Source: Tubiluchus corallicola
Lineage: Eukaryota; Animalia; Priapulida
Direction of reading: 5' to 3'
DNA: 30,440 nucleotides
NCBI GenBank assembly: GCA_030141605.1
Contig: JAQGDQ010002458.1
Span: forward strand, 1-30,440
The notes under the pieces were generated by a model. That model was given only the letters and a program-made list of their open reading frames with translations, did not search any database and was not told where the DNA came from. The position numbers and the translations under genes were made by a program. Positions 19,360 through 29,558 of the stretch are shown here, in pieces; within the stretch, counting starts at the first letter, position 1, and each line of letters opens with the position of its first letter.

Positions 19360-20442
19360 ATGAAAGAAAAGATAGCTAGAATAGCTAAGAAATTAAACAT
19401 AGATATAATAGGCTTTTGTAATGGAGATACCTTAGATGTAAAAGATAGTGTTATAAAGTGTCTTAAAAAAGAAGAAATAGATAAAAAAATAAGACCTAAA
19501 TACTACCTAGAAGGTGCTAAGTCAATAGTTACAATAGGGATTTCATACAACATAAAATTAAAAAAAGTAGATAAAAAAAAACTTTATGGAAACTTAAGTT
19601 CTGTATCTTATGGTGTAGATTATCACAAAGTTTTAAACAAAAAGCTTGATAACTTAGTATCTGAAATGAAAAATCATTTTGGATGCTTTACATATGAAAA
19701 ATTTGTTGACAAAAAACCACTTCTAGATAAAGAAGTAGCTTTAAAGTCAGGGATAGGATGGCAAGGAAAAAATACTCTTGTCATAAATGATACATATGGT
19801 TCAAAATTTTTTATAGGCTATTTAATAACAAATATAGAATTAAATGTTTCTAAATATTACATAAAGAACAAGTGCGATAAATGCAGTGCGTGTATTAGAA
19901 TGTGTCCAACTAAGAGTTTATCAAGTTATAAATTAAATAAAAATAAGTGTATTTCATACCTAACTCAAAGTAAAAAGTATATCCCTTACGACCTTAGAGA
20001 AAAAATGCACTATCAGATTTATGGTTGTGATATTTGCCAAGATGTATGCCCATACAATAAATCAGCTCACATCTGTAGTTCAAAAGAATTTTTTCCTATA
20101 AAAACAAAAGGATTAATAAAGTTAGAGGAATTATTAGTTATTAGCAATATAGAATTTAATAGGAAATATGCCCATATATCAGGAGCCTGGGTAGGTAAAA
20201 ATGTATTAGCTAGAAATGCAGCAATTGCTCTAGGAAACATAAATACACAGAATTCATTTAAAATATTATTAAAAAGCATAACTCATGAAAGTGATTTAGT
20301 TAGAGAATATATTTATTGGGGATTAGCTAAGCATATAAAAAATATACAAAAATCACTAACGGTACTTAATATGCAAAAATTAAACGAAAAAAACATAAAA
20401 TTAAAAAATGAGATTAATAATTTAATAAAATACTATGCTTAA
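19360..20442 (+). CDS. queG: tRNA epoxyqueuosine reductase
   Basis: DYHKV, GIGWQGKN, YGSKFFIG, CDKCSACIRMCPT, CISYLT, GCDICQDVCPYN, RNAAIALGN, HEAT-like tail. Confidence 0.92.
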   Translation: MKEKIARIAKKLNIDIIGFCNGDTLDVKDSVIKCLKKEEIDKKIRPKYYLEGAKSIVTIGISYNIKLKKVDKKKLYGNLSSVSYGVDYHKVLNKKLDNLVSEMKNHFGCFTYEKFVDKKPLLDKEVALKSGIGWQGKNTLVINDTYGSKFFIGYLITNIELNVSKYYIKNKCDKCSACIRMCPTKSLSSYKLNKNKCISYLTQSKKYIPYDLREKMHYQIYGCDICQDVCPYNKSAHICSSKEFFPIKTKGLIKLEELLVISNIEFNRKYAHISGAWVGKNVLARNAAIALGNINTQNSFKILLKSITHESDLVREYIYWGLAKHIKNIQKSLTVLNMQKLNEKNIKLKNEINNLIKYYA

Positions 20443-20446
20443 AACA

Positions 20447-21527
20447 TGGTCTTAGGTCAATATAGTAGATAAAAAAATCGAATAATTTATACTGATTTCA
20501 TAATATCCTCATATTGTTGATGTGTTAAATAACTGATGCTGCTATGTATTTTTTTCCCTGTTATAGCAAGCAATATTCAAGGATAGCTAATCTAGCTGTA
20601 ACTATACCTGATGAATTTCCTCTTTCTTTAGAGAAGTATGAAATGATTTTATACAATCATTGTCATAAAGATTGTATTTACCACTTAAAAGAATGAATAA
20701 TGTTATTGTTTTTAAGATACTCTCTAAATCTAATATTAGTATATTGCGAACCTAAGTCGCTGTTAAGAATAACTTGTTGTAATAGACATTGATTATTTAT
20801 AACATGCTTAACATCTTTTATTGCCAGCACAGCGTCCATTGTATTTTTGAAGGAATTAACTCTTTCGAGTACATAAACCTAGGGCAGATGCTAAATAGCA
20901 TCAACCATGGTGTATAGTACGGATTATACGTTATGTCAGTAAATCATTTTTGACTAACATCTGTAGTTTTAAAGTCTTGCTTAAGAAGACTTTAACCTTG
21001 TTTTTTGAAACATATGGCTTATATTTTTTAACAACGATTGCTCTGATTTATAGCGTTGGATTCTTTTAAGGATTACAGTATATCCATTAGATAGTAAAAC
21101 TTTATGAACCTTAGGAACACCGTACTTTTGTTTTAAACCATTATATATATATTTAAAATTTCTTTTTGTAATAAATTATTTTCTAAATAGAGTCTATTCC
21201 TTTGTGAATATGGCCATAGCTTTTTTTAGTATTTGATTTTACTCTTCAAGCCTAGCAATTTTCTTCACAACTCTTTGATAGTCTAGTTGTATGCTCATCA
21301 ATTTTAATAGGCTTAAACTTTTTAACCCGTCCAGATATAGTTGACTTTAAAGTACCATATTCACTATTTAACTCTAAAAAAGTTTTTCAAGACTTATAGA
21401 GCTCTACTATTGTAGTTTTGAATTTCTGATCTATAATATTTATTATCTTTTCCTATTGTTAGACACCTGCCTTTAATATATTTTATATCATTCGTATTTT
21501 TTTGTCCATATTTTTATACTAACACCA
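20447..21527 (-). mobile_element. Degraded IS3-family insertion sequence
   Basis: TG...CA ends with imperfect ~30-bp IRs (TGGTCTTAGGTCAATATAGTAGATAAAAAA vs TGGTGTTAGTATAAAAATATGGACAAAAAA). OrfA remnants FKTTIVELYKS*KT..SEYG and ILKKAMAIFTK; OrfB remnants YGVPKVH, TDITY, SDLGSQY; many stops and frameshifts. Confidence 0.88.
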
Positions 21528-21533
21528 GTTTTC

Positions 21534-22241
21534 TTATTCTACTTGCGTTATCTCTTTTATATTTTTTTCATTTTTTAATTCTTGAAACACAATCTCACTA
21601 CTGAGATATTTTGGTAAAAATAAATCATATAAAACTTTTTTTTCTATATCACCCTTTACAAACTTTTCGCTTATAGGCTTTATTTTTGAGAATACTATTC
21701 CTTTATCTTTTAATCTATTTATGATAGAAGCCTCATATTCTTCTTCAATATTTTTATAAATCACTATTATTTTTCGTTCTTTTTTGCTTTCAAAAAGTAC
21801 AACTTCAAATCTTTTAAGAATAAGTAAGACAAATAAAACTACTAAAACAGCAATTAAAGCAATTAAATAATAACCAGATCCTATGGCAAGCCCTAAACAA
21901 GCCACAAGCCATAGAGTAGAGGCAGTTGTTATTCCTACAACAGTCCCTTTATTAACTAAAATTGCTCCAGCTCCTAAAAATCCGACACCAGAAACAACTT
22001 GAGCAATAACTCTTCCTTGCTCTACCTTTATTGCACTGACAAGTTCTGGATTAGATTTAATTAAAGCTAGAGAATTTTCTACAATTCTAACTTGTACTAA
22101 AGAAACTACACAGGCTCCTACACATACTAACATATGGGTAGTTAAACCTGCTGGTTTTTTCTTAGCTTTACGTTCATATCCTACTGTTCCTCCAAAAATA
22201 GTGGCTAATATTATTCTAAAAGCAATATCATACCATTCCAT
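21534..22241 (-). CDS. MgtC/SapB-family membrane protein
   Basis: GYER, PAGLTTHMLV, RVIAQVVSGVGFLGAG, GITTASTLW; GAGGTG RBS favours ATG 22241. Confidence 0.92.
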   Translation of the reverse strand: MEWYDIAFRIILATIFGGTVGYERKAKKKPAGLTTHMLVCVGACVVSLVQVRIVENSLALIKSNPELVSAIKVEQGRVIAQVVSGVGFLGAGAILVNKGTVVGITTASTLWLVACLGLAIGSGYYLIALIAVLVVLFVLLILKRFEVVLFESKKERKIIVIYKNIEEEYEASIINRLKDKGIVFSKIKPISEKFVKGDIEKKVLYDLFLPKYLSSEIVFQELKNEKNIKEITQVE

Positions 22242-22261
22242 GTAAAACACCTCTTTAAATA

Positions 22262-24725
22262 TTAAGTAATATCACTTTGACTAAGTAAAAGCATTGAATT
22301 TACAGGTCTTACCATTCCTCTTACATTAAAATCAGTAGGTGCAGGTAAGCTAAGTTCATAAAATTCATTGTTATTTATAATACCAAAACAAACAGAGCCT
22401 CCACCGTCTAAATTCAGTAAGTTTTCTATTTTTCCAACTTCTTTTGTAAGTATATTTACTACTTCATCAAACCTAGCCCCAACTGTTTCAAGACTTCTTC
22501 CAGAAAATGTAGCTATAAATATTTCATTATTTTTAGTCATACCTATGACTGACCTAGGATCTCGCACCCAGTTTTGTATTTGAGTTTCTTGTGTTTGCAT
22601 AGAAAGCGGGTTAAACCATCCTTCTTTTTCAAAGTTTTTATATGCTTTTTCTTTGTTAGGTACTAAATTTTCTCCATTTTTTACTAATAATGTTCCACCA
22701 CCATAGATCCACTTAGCTTCTTTTTCTTTATTTTTTTTATCTAATTTTACTTTTACCTTTATGTTTTTAAATTTATAATATTTGTCTTTACATATTTTTA
22801 AATCTAATTTATTTATGAGTTCACACTTTATTTTCATAGTACAAGAAATAATGATACCAACTCCTGATAAATAAACTTCATCATCTTTAATGGCAACAAC
22901 ATTATTATTTATAATAATAATGTTAAATCTATTTTTTCCGACTTTTTTTTTGTAACTTTTAGGATGCTTTGTGTCAATTTTTTCCTTATTAAGTAAAAGT
23001 GGTGTAATTATAGTAATATCTTTACTAAAATCGTTAACATCTTCTTTATTCCATGAAATTAGTAAATTATTTAAATATATTTTACCACCTTCTAAAGTTT
23101 TTCTTCCAAAAAAAATATCATTACTTTTAGTAAATCCAATGTAACCCTTGTTATATAGTGGAATTAATTCCTCGTTAGGACTATATTTATATCCTAAATA
23201 AAAATTATTAAATTTTAAATGTTCTTTTTTTTCATTTTTTCTATTAAAATTATATAATCTCTGTAAATTTAGTGTAAAAAAATATAGAAAGTTATTATAT
23301 AAATAAAAATTTTTTTTTAATTTGCCTTTATTTAATACTTCTCTTATTGATATCATTCCAACTTTGTATTTATTAGCTGTATCTATAAAAATATCAAGAT
23401 TACTTATGCCATGTACGATAGCTCCCCTCACTAAGACATTATCAACTTTTGTTTCACAACTAGGTTTATATATTTCTTTTTCAAAAGTTTTATGATTATA
23501 ATAGGAATTTATATACCTTAAGCCTTTTTTTTTCATTATTTTAGTGGTCATATTTGATATTATAGAATCTCTTTCAAAAGTTATATTTTCAATGTCTTTT
23601 TCAATACCTATATATTTACTATTTTCATCAAAATTAAAAGTTGTAGAATAAAAATTAATTCCTTCATACTTTTTATAATTTAAAATATTCTCTTTATATT
23701 TATATAGATTTTGGTCATGTTTGTTATCAAAATATATTTTATCATAATGATAAAGTGTAAGTATGACTTTTTCAGTTGGATAAAATTTTATTGCAGGGAT
23801 AAATCTTTTTCTACATAAGTTGCTGCATATGGTATCTTTCCATTAGAAGAAATATAAATATTAGTAAATATTTGACTAGTAAATTTTTTTATTTTAGTAA
23901 GAATATAATAAGGTAGCTTTGTATTATATAGGGAGTACATAATGTCTTCCCCTATACCTATTAATAAGATATCTTTTTTATACACTTTTTTTAATAAATT
24001 ATTTATTTTGTAACTAATATTATTAAAGTCTATACCTAGTCCTTCATTTTTATATTCAAAATTTTTTATATTTTATGGACATACATTTTTTATTTTCTTA
24101 TCAAAGCTAATACATGTTTCTAGTGAAGACTTTGTAGGTTCATTTTTTATTTTTCTTTGTTTTACTAAAATATATATTTTTTTATGTTGATACTTTTTTA
24201 TAATGTTAAAAATACCTGGTATACTTGAGCTGTCTTCTAATAGAAAAATAATTTCTTTATTTTTAATAAAATCGTTTTCTAGTAGATCTATTCTATCTAT
24301 TTTTGAATTTTCTTCAATGTTTTTTTCATATCCGTACATGCAGCTTAAAATACATTGTTTAAAAGAATAATTTTCATTTAATAACTCAATAAACTTAATT
24401 TTTTTCTTTTTTTCTTTTAGTAAATAATGTTCTTTAGGAAAAAATTTATTTCTTAATTTGCTTATATCCCCATATACTTCTTCATTAGTTTTTTTATTAA
24501 CTTGAGAAAAGTCTCCAAAATAATTATCTAATTCATTTAGATATAATTTTAGTGAATTACCTTTAAGTATTTTTTCACTAAGCAAATCCTTTATGGTACT
24601 ATTTCCTTTTGATTTATCAACATATATATCTTCATAATCATATCTTGTATAATGAAAGCTATTTTTAAGGTTGATTCTTTTATAAGCTCCATTAATACAG
24701 TTATTTTTAATATAATTTTTTTCAT
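22262..24725 (-). pseudogene. Disrupted ~820-codon gene with C-terminal phosphodiester glycosidase (NAGPA/DUF2233-like) domain
   Basis: C-terminal GGGTLLV, PRSVIG, GRS..GA, LNLDGGGS, RPVNS. The ORFs 24073-24585, 23788-23985 and 22262-23551 join from ATG 24725 through a frameshift (A7 at 24716-24722), an in-frame TAA (24073-24075) and a second frameshift (~23806-23810). Confidence 0.75.
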
Positions 24726-24729
24726 AAAC

Positions 24730-25455
24730 CTAAATCTCTTTTACATTAAATATATTTATAAAATTATTCATTGTGCTAAAATGTTGATATTCAAGATTTT
24801 CTACCTCTAATTTAATGTTTATTGTTTTTTTATTTAGTCTCATTATTGTTTTAGCAAGTGCTTTCCTATCAGAGTTATTAAATTTTTTTACTTTAAAATA
24901 TGACAGTGTAACATGGGGTACTAAGATTCTATTTAAAGGGAATATTTTTTCCAGCTTATTGTCTAACTCTATTAGTGTATTATAATCTTTTTTACTTTTA
25001 GGACAAAGTCCTACTAAAAGACTATTATTATCACAATTAAATACGAAAGTAGAGTGCATTTTAATAACTTTATTTTTATAACTTTTTTTTATGTCACTAA
25101 AAATTGAACTGATATTTTTTTCAGTTTTGTCTATTCTTTTCAATATGTCATATTTATTAGGACTGCTATTTAAATCATGTAACGTTACATGAAAAGTTTT
25201 TGGGTCAATTTTTTCAGCTAGTAAATTTTTAAGGTTACTGTATATTTCATTTTGTATCATTTTACACTTTATTACATCTTTTTTTATTAAAGGAAACACA
25301 ATAGTATCTCCATAAAATTCTTTAAACTTATAAGTATGTACATCTACTTTGTTTTGTAAATGTTTTGGAATCTCCCATTTATTTTTTTCTAGAAGCTCCT
25401 TATTTAATCTTTTTTGTTTATTTAATAAATAAGTTTTATATTCTTTATATTTCAC
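24730..25455 (-). CDS. 2H phosphoesterase superfamily protein
   Basis: Two HxT motifs, FHVTLHDL and PHVTLSYF, about 90 aa apart; GTG start with GGAG RBS. Confidence 0.82.
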   Translation of the reverse strand: MKYKEYKTYLLNKQKRLNKELLEKNKWEIPKHLQNKVDVHTYKFKEFYGDTIVFPLIKKDVIKCKMIQNEIYSNLKNLLAEKIDPKTFHVTLHDLNSSPNKYDILKRIDKTEKNISSIFSDIKKSYKNKVIKMHSTFVFNCDNNSLLVGLCPKSKKDYNTLIELDNKLEKIFPLNRILVPHVTLSYFKVKKFNNSDRKALAKTIMRLNKKTINIKLEVENLEYQHFSTMNNFINIFNVKEI

Positions 25456-25484
25456 AATATCTCCAATATTTATATAATGAAAGC

Positions 25485-26300
25485 TTAATGTTCATTGTCA
25501 TTAAGGGCTTTACCGCAATGTTGGCAAATATTTTTACCTTTCATTTCTTCTATAAATCCTGAACTTATTATTCCAGTTGGGAGAGCAACCAATCCAATGC
25601 CTGCAAGGGCTATTATACTAGCGAGTATTTTCCCAAGAGGAGTTACTGGGTAGATATCACCATATCCTATTGTAGTCAAAGTTGCAATTGACCACCAAAA
25701 AGTTGCCGTAATGCTAGGGAAAAGGTCAGGTTGAATATTATGTTCAATATAATACATTAATATTGAAGAAAATAATATTATAACAGTCATTATATAAACT
25801 GTAACAGAAAGCACCTCTTTTTCTCTTTTCATTACTTTTCTAATACTATCAAGTCCTACGTAGTATCTATTTAATTTAAATATTCTTAAAAGTCTAGATA
25901 ACCTAAATACTTTTATAAATCTTAAATCTAAAAGTTTTAAATTTGGAAATAAAAATAGTATTAAAAATGGCAATAATGCTAAAAAGTCAATAATAGCCAT
26001 TGGTGATCTAACATATTTAGAAACAGATTTTAATTTAGATTTACTTTTATATTTAAAGTTTGAAGTAATTATCCTAAGTATATACTCTATTAAAAATATT
26101 ATGAAACTAAACACCTCAAATGCAAAAAGTTGTTTTGCATGCTTAAATAAAAAATTTTCATGAGAAGAGAGTATTATTGATGTTACATTTGCAATAATTA
26201 AGCCCATTATAAAGTGATCAAAAATTTTACTTGGTGTGTCATTAGGCTTTGCTTTTTCTAATATTTCAAATATTCTTTTACGTATTTTGTAAACCTTCAT
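25485..26300 (-). CDS. Voltage-gated potassium channel (6-TM ion transport family)
   Basis: S4-like RFIKVFRLSRLLRIFKLNR, pore FWW..TLTTIGYGD, ALPTGI, C-terminal CQHCG. Confidence 0.92.
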   Translation of the reverse strand: MKVYKIRKRIFEILEKAKPNDTPSKIFDHFIMGLIIANVTSIILSSHENFLFKHAKQLFAFEVFSFIIFLIEYILRIITSNFKYKSKSKLKSVSKYVRSPMAIIDFLALLPFLILFLFPNLKLLDLRFIKVFRLSRLLRIFKLNRYYVGLDSIRKVMKREKEVLSVTVYIMTVIILFSSILMYYIEHNIQPDLFPSITATFWWSIATLTTIGYGDIYPVTPLGKILASIIALAGIGLVALPTGIISSGFIEEMKGKNICQHCGKALNDNEH

Positions 26301-26311
26301 TATAACAGCCC

Positions 26312-27517
26312 CTATTTAATATATTTTTTATATTCTTTCAAAGCTTTAGAAAGTATAAGCATTGCATTTTCAATGTCTTTTGTGCCTATACAAAATGAAA
26401 ACCTAGCTTCAGTTTTACCGCAGCCTTTAGTTGCATAAAAATCTGCCCCTGGAGCAAACATGATAGTTGAGTTGTTGTATCTATACTTTTTTAACAGCCA
26501 ATAAGCAAATTTTTCTGTATCGTCAACAGGAAGCTTTGCAAAAAAATAGAAAGCTCCAGAAGGATTAAAGCATTTTACTCCAGGTATTTTCTGCAAATAT
26601 TCATACATTAAGTTTCTTCGTGCTTTATATTTTAATATAACCTCATCAATATAATTATCTAAAGTATTTATAAGGTTAGCTGCAGCATGTTGTTCTATTG
26701 TTGAAACAGCTAGTCTGGCTTGGCATAACTTTACAATGTTATCAATTAGAACTTTATTTTTACTTGCAAGCAAGCCTATTCTAGCTCCACAGGCACTATA
26801 ATGCTTAGAAATACTGTCTATTAGAATAACTTTTTCTTTGGCATCTTCAAGTTGCATAAAAGAAATATAATCAGTTTTATCATATACAAACTGTCTATAC
26901 ACTTCATCAGCGATAATGTATAAATTGTGTTCTTTTGCAATCTTAGCAAGCATTTCTAGTTCTTTTTTTGAATATATTACTCCTGTTGGATTTACAGGGT
27001 TTGAAAATAGTATACATTTTGTATTTTTAGTAATTTTTTCTTTAATTTTACTCTCTGGTGGCAAATGGTATGAATTTTCAAAAGTAGTTTTTATAGGGAC
27101 TACTTTTGCATTTGCAGATTTAATAAAGCTATCGTAATTTGAATAATAAGGTTCTGGAACTAAAACTTCATCTCCTTGGTTACATATTGCTAATAAAGAA
27201 AAAAGTATAGCCTCGCTTCCTCCATGGGTTATCAACATTTCATCTTCATTTAAATTAATATTCATTTTCTTAAAAGATGCTTTAAAAGACTTTAATAGAT
27301 CTTTAACTCCTCTTGAATCAGAGTATTTTATTACTTTATCTTCAAAATTTGATATTCCTTCAAAAAAAGATTCAGGAGTATGAATATTTGGTTGACCAAT
27401 ATGTAGCTTATACACTGTTACATTTTGTTTTTCCAATTCTTCTGCTAATGGGGCAAATTTCCTAATTGGAGAGTATTTCATAGCTTGAATTCTATCTGAT
27501 AAATCCACACTGATCAC
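26312..27517 (-). CDS. PLP-dependent class I/II aminotransferase (aspartate aminotransferase-like)
   Basis: LHIGQP, GGSEA, NPVNPTG, DEVY, SISKHYSACGARIG (PLP lysine), GAFY; GTG start with GAGG RBS. Confidence 0.93.
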   Translation of the reverse strand: MISVDLSDRIQAMKYSPIRKFAPLAEELEKQNVTVYKLHIGQPNIHTPESFFEGISNFEDKVIKYSDSRGVKDLLKSFKASFKKMNINLNEDEMLITHGGSEAILFSLLAICNQGDEVLVPEPYYSNYDSFIKSANAKVVPIKTTFENSYHLPPESKIKEKITKNTKCILFSNPVNPTGVIYSKKELEMLAKIAKEHNLYIIADEVYRQFVYDKTDYISFMQLEDAKEKVILIDSISKHYSACGARIGLLASKNKVLIDNIVKLCQARLAVSTIEQHAAANLINTLDNYIDEVILKYKARRNLMYEYLQKIPGVKCFNPSGAFYFFAKLPVDDTEKFAYWLLKKYRYNNSTIMFAPGADFYATKGCGKTEARFSFCIGTKDIENAMLILSKALKEYKKYIK

Positions 27518-27555
27518 CTCATATTTATAATCTAAAGTATTTAAAAACTATCTAT

Positions 27556-27584
27556 ATTATATCTATTTTACTCTATTAATTCAA
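27556..27584 (-). promoter_or_regulatory. sigma70-type promoter for the aminotransferase operon
   Basis: Minus strand TTGAAT (27584-27579), 17 bp, TATAAT (27561-27556). Confidence 0.7.
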
Positions 27585-27856
27585 CAATTACTTACACTAT
27601 ATTAATGGTGTAAGTAAATTTTTTATATTTTATTTAACAATCATATTTTTTATTATGTAGCATAAAAGAACTTGTTCAAAGAAATTTAATATTTTTGATA
27701 CATTTATTATTTTGAATGTATTAAATATTATTTTATTTAGTTTTTTTACTTAACTATTTAAATTTTATGTGTATTTGGGTATTTATATGCTGTTTAAATT
27801 TAATATAAATATTTAACCTTATTCTGTAAAATATATTGAGAGTTAATAAGTATAAG

Positions 27857-27904
27857 AAAATCCTCCTAGTTGATCATTTTTAGATACTTGTCTAGAAGGA
27901 TTTT
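27857..27904 (-). terminator. Hairpin downstream of the DUF2161 gene, probable terminator
   Basis: Minus strand AAAATCCTTCTAG / CTAGGAGGATTTT stem (one U-G pair), T-rich end, unusually long 22-nt loop. Confidence 0.55.
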
Positions 27905-27958
27905 TGCGCAATGTTCATTTTTTTATTAATTATTTTAAGATATTATATACAATATTCT

Positions 27959-28666
27959 TTAGATATTATTTGTGTCTAATTTTTTCATGTAATATTCTTT
28001 TAACTTTGGATACTTTTTCAATTCATTTATCCCAAAATGTTTAACTTTATATATACCTTTATCTACTTTTTCAAACCAATTATAATAATTCTTATATAAT
28101 ATTGAATATGTTTTTTCCCCTGTATTATATTTTTTAATTTCCTTTGCAGACATAGGCCCGTATTTTTCAAGACAGCAAGCAATAAAAAATGCATTTTCCT
28201 TGTAAGATGTCATAATAGATACTTTATTACTTCCTCCTATATTGTAGTCATAAGCTCTGGAGGAGGCTTCTTCTAATATTGCACGTCTTTTTTTTCTATA
28301 GTTAATTTTTTTATGTTTTTCAGGATGAAGTATTACTTCAATTTTTTCACTGAAAGAGTTTAAATTAACAAAAATAAGTCCAATTTCAAGCCTTTTTAGT
28401 AAATGTTTAATTTTTTTATGGGATTTTTGTATTTTTTTTGGTTTTAATATAGCAACGTAAACTGAATCAGCATATTTCTGTCTCTCTGTAGCTTGTAAAA
28501 TTAAGGCTAAATTTATTTTTAGTTTTAATTCAATTATAATTAATTCATCATTTTTTATTCCTACAATATCACATGAATTTACTTCTCCATTAACTTTATA
28601 GTTGTGTTTTTCTAAATAGTTTTTTATAGGAATATATAAATCTTTTTCATAAATTTTACTAACCAT
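27959..28666 (-). CDS. DUF2161-family putative PD-(D/E)XK nuclease/phosphodiesterase
   Basis: EKDLY.P, GEV..CD, IIELK, LILQATERQ, IMTSY, ILYKNYYNWFEKVDKGIY. Confidence 0.82.
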   Translation of the reverse strand: MVSKIYEKDLYIPIKNYLEKHNYKVNGEVNSCDIVGIKNDELIIIELKLKINLALILQATERQKYADSVYVAILKPKKIQKSHKKIKHLLKRLEIGLIFVNLNSFSEKIEVILHPEKHKKINYRKKRRAILEEASSRAYDYNIGGSNKVSIMTSYKENAFFIACCLEKYGPMSAKEIKKYNTGEKTYSILYKNYYNWFEKVDKGIYKVKHFGINELKKYPKLKEYYMKKLDTNNI

Positions 28667-28695
28667 TGATATCCTTTAATTACCAGAGTTTGCTT

Positions 28696-29536
28696 TTAGA
28701 TCTTAGATTTATTATCTGCAGCATAAGATTCACCAGGGTAAATATCAATAACAATTCTACTAGGTTTTGATAGTGAGTATTCTTTTTTACAAATCCATAC
28801 ATCATTTTCATTTATTCCGCTTAATTTTGTACCATCTTTAATATTGTCACCATTATCATATATATAGTGAGCAAATTTATATAACATATCAGCGACCTTA
28901 TTTGGGTCTAGGTTTTTAAAATGACACTGTATATCAGGTAATCCAATAGAGGATAGTCCTAAAGTATCCATTAATTTTTCTACAGAGCCTTTATTACTGA
29001 TATTATACATTCGAACATTTATTGCAGCATATAATGAATCATGGTTTTTTTTAGGAGTTAATTGAGATGTTATAAAAATTTTTGGATCAACAATTTGTTG
29101 ACTCTCAATACAATGTATTGCATTGCAAGGAGATGTTTCTATAATTGCTAGAACTGCTTTGTAAAAAGTTCAATTCTTTTTTTGTATGGCAGTACAGTAA
29201 TCTAAAAATCAGATACTAATATAGAATTAACATGTTTTTATATATTCCTTAGATTTAGCCATTTTAACGATTGGATTACGCTGATTAATTTAGATACTAA
29301 ATGACTTTGATTTTTTGCAATGATTATTTGAGGGATTTTTCTTTATTTTCTTTAACATAAGCATAATCTCTAAAAATAAAAGATACTACAGAATCATCAG
29401 TTTTTTCTAAAATTTCTACATTTCCACAGTATTTTTTTAAATTTCTCAATATTTGGATAGGACTTAATCTAATTTCTTTAGAATATAGTATTTCAGCATT
29501 ATATATCGTTTTATATCCATATTTCATTTTATTCAT
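28696..29536 (-). pseudogene. Fragmented DUF4261-like gene
   Basis: C-terminal AINVRMYN..MDTLGL..IGLPDIQCHF..LDPN..YIYDNG..IKDG; N-terminal fragment 29324-29536 has an AGGAG RBS; the middle reads as protein only across several frameshifts/stops. Confidence 0.7.
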
Positions 29537-29558
29537 TATTTTTTATCTCCTACACATA

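Noticed and set aside
3193-20442. queA and queG as a queuosine or 7-deazaguanine DNA-modification cluster
   Set aside because: They are 15 kb apart in separate transcription units, with no tgt/dpdA or queCDEF genes in the window
20443-21533. ORF-free 1.1 kb gap as an ncRNA or CRISPR array
   Set aside because: No periodic repeats; fully explained by IS3 transposase remnants and terminal inverted repeats
24073-24722. Programmed frameshifting, phase variation or stop readthrough in the NAGPA-like gene
   Set aside because: Three independent lesions including a TAA; no stimulatory structure seen and TAA is a normal stop throughout the window
4900-27137. Other short overlapping ORFs (4900, 7333, 8865, 10806, 11142, 15495, 17690, 20067, 22368, 25365, 26916)
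   Set aside because: All lie antisense to well-supported genes and show no motifs
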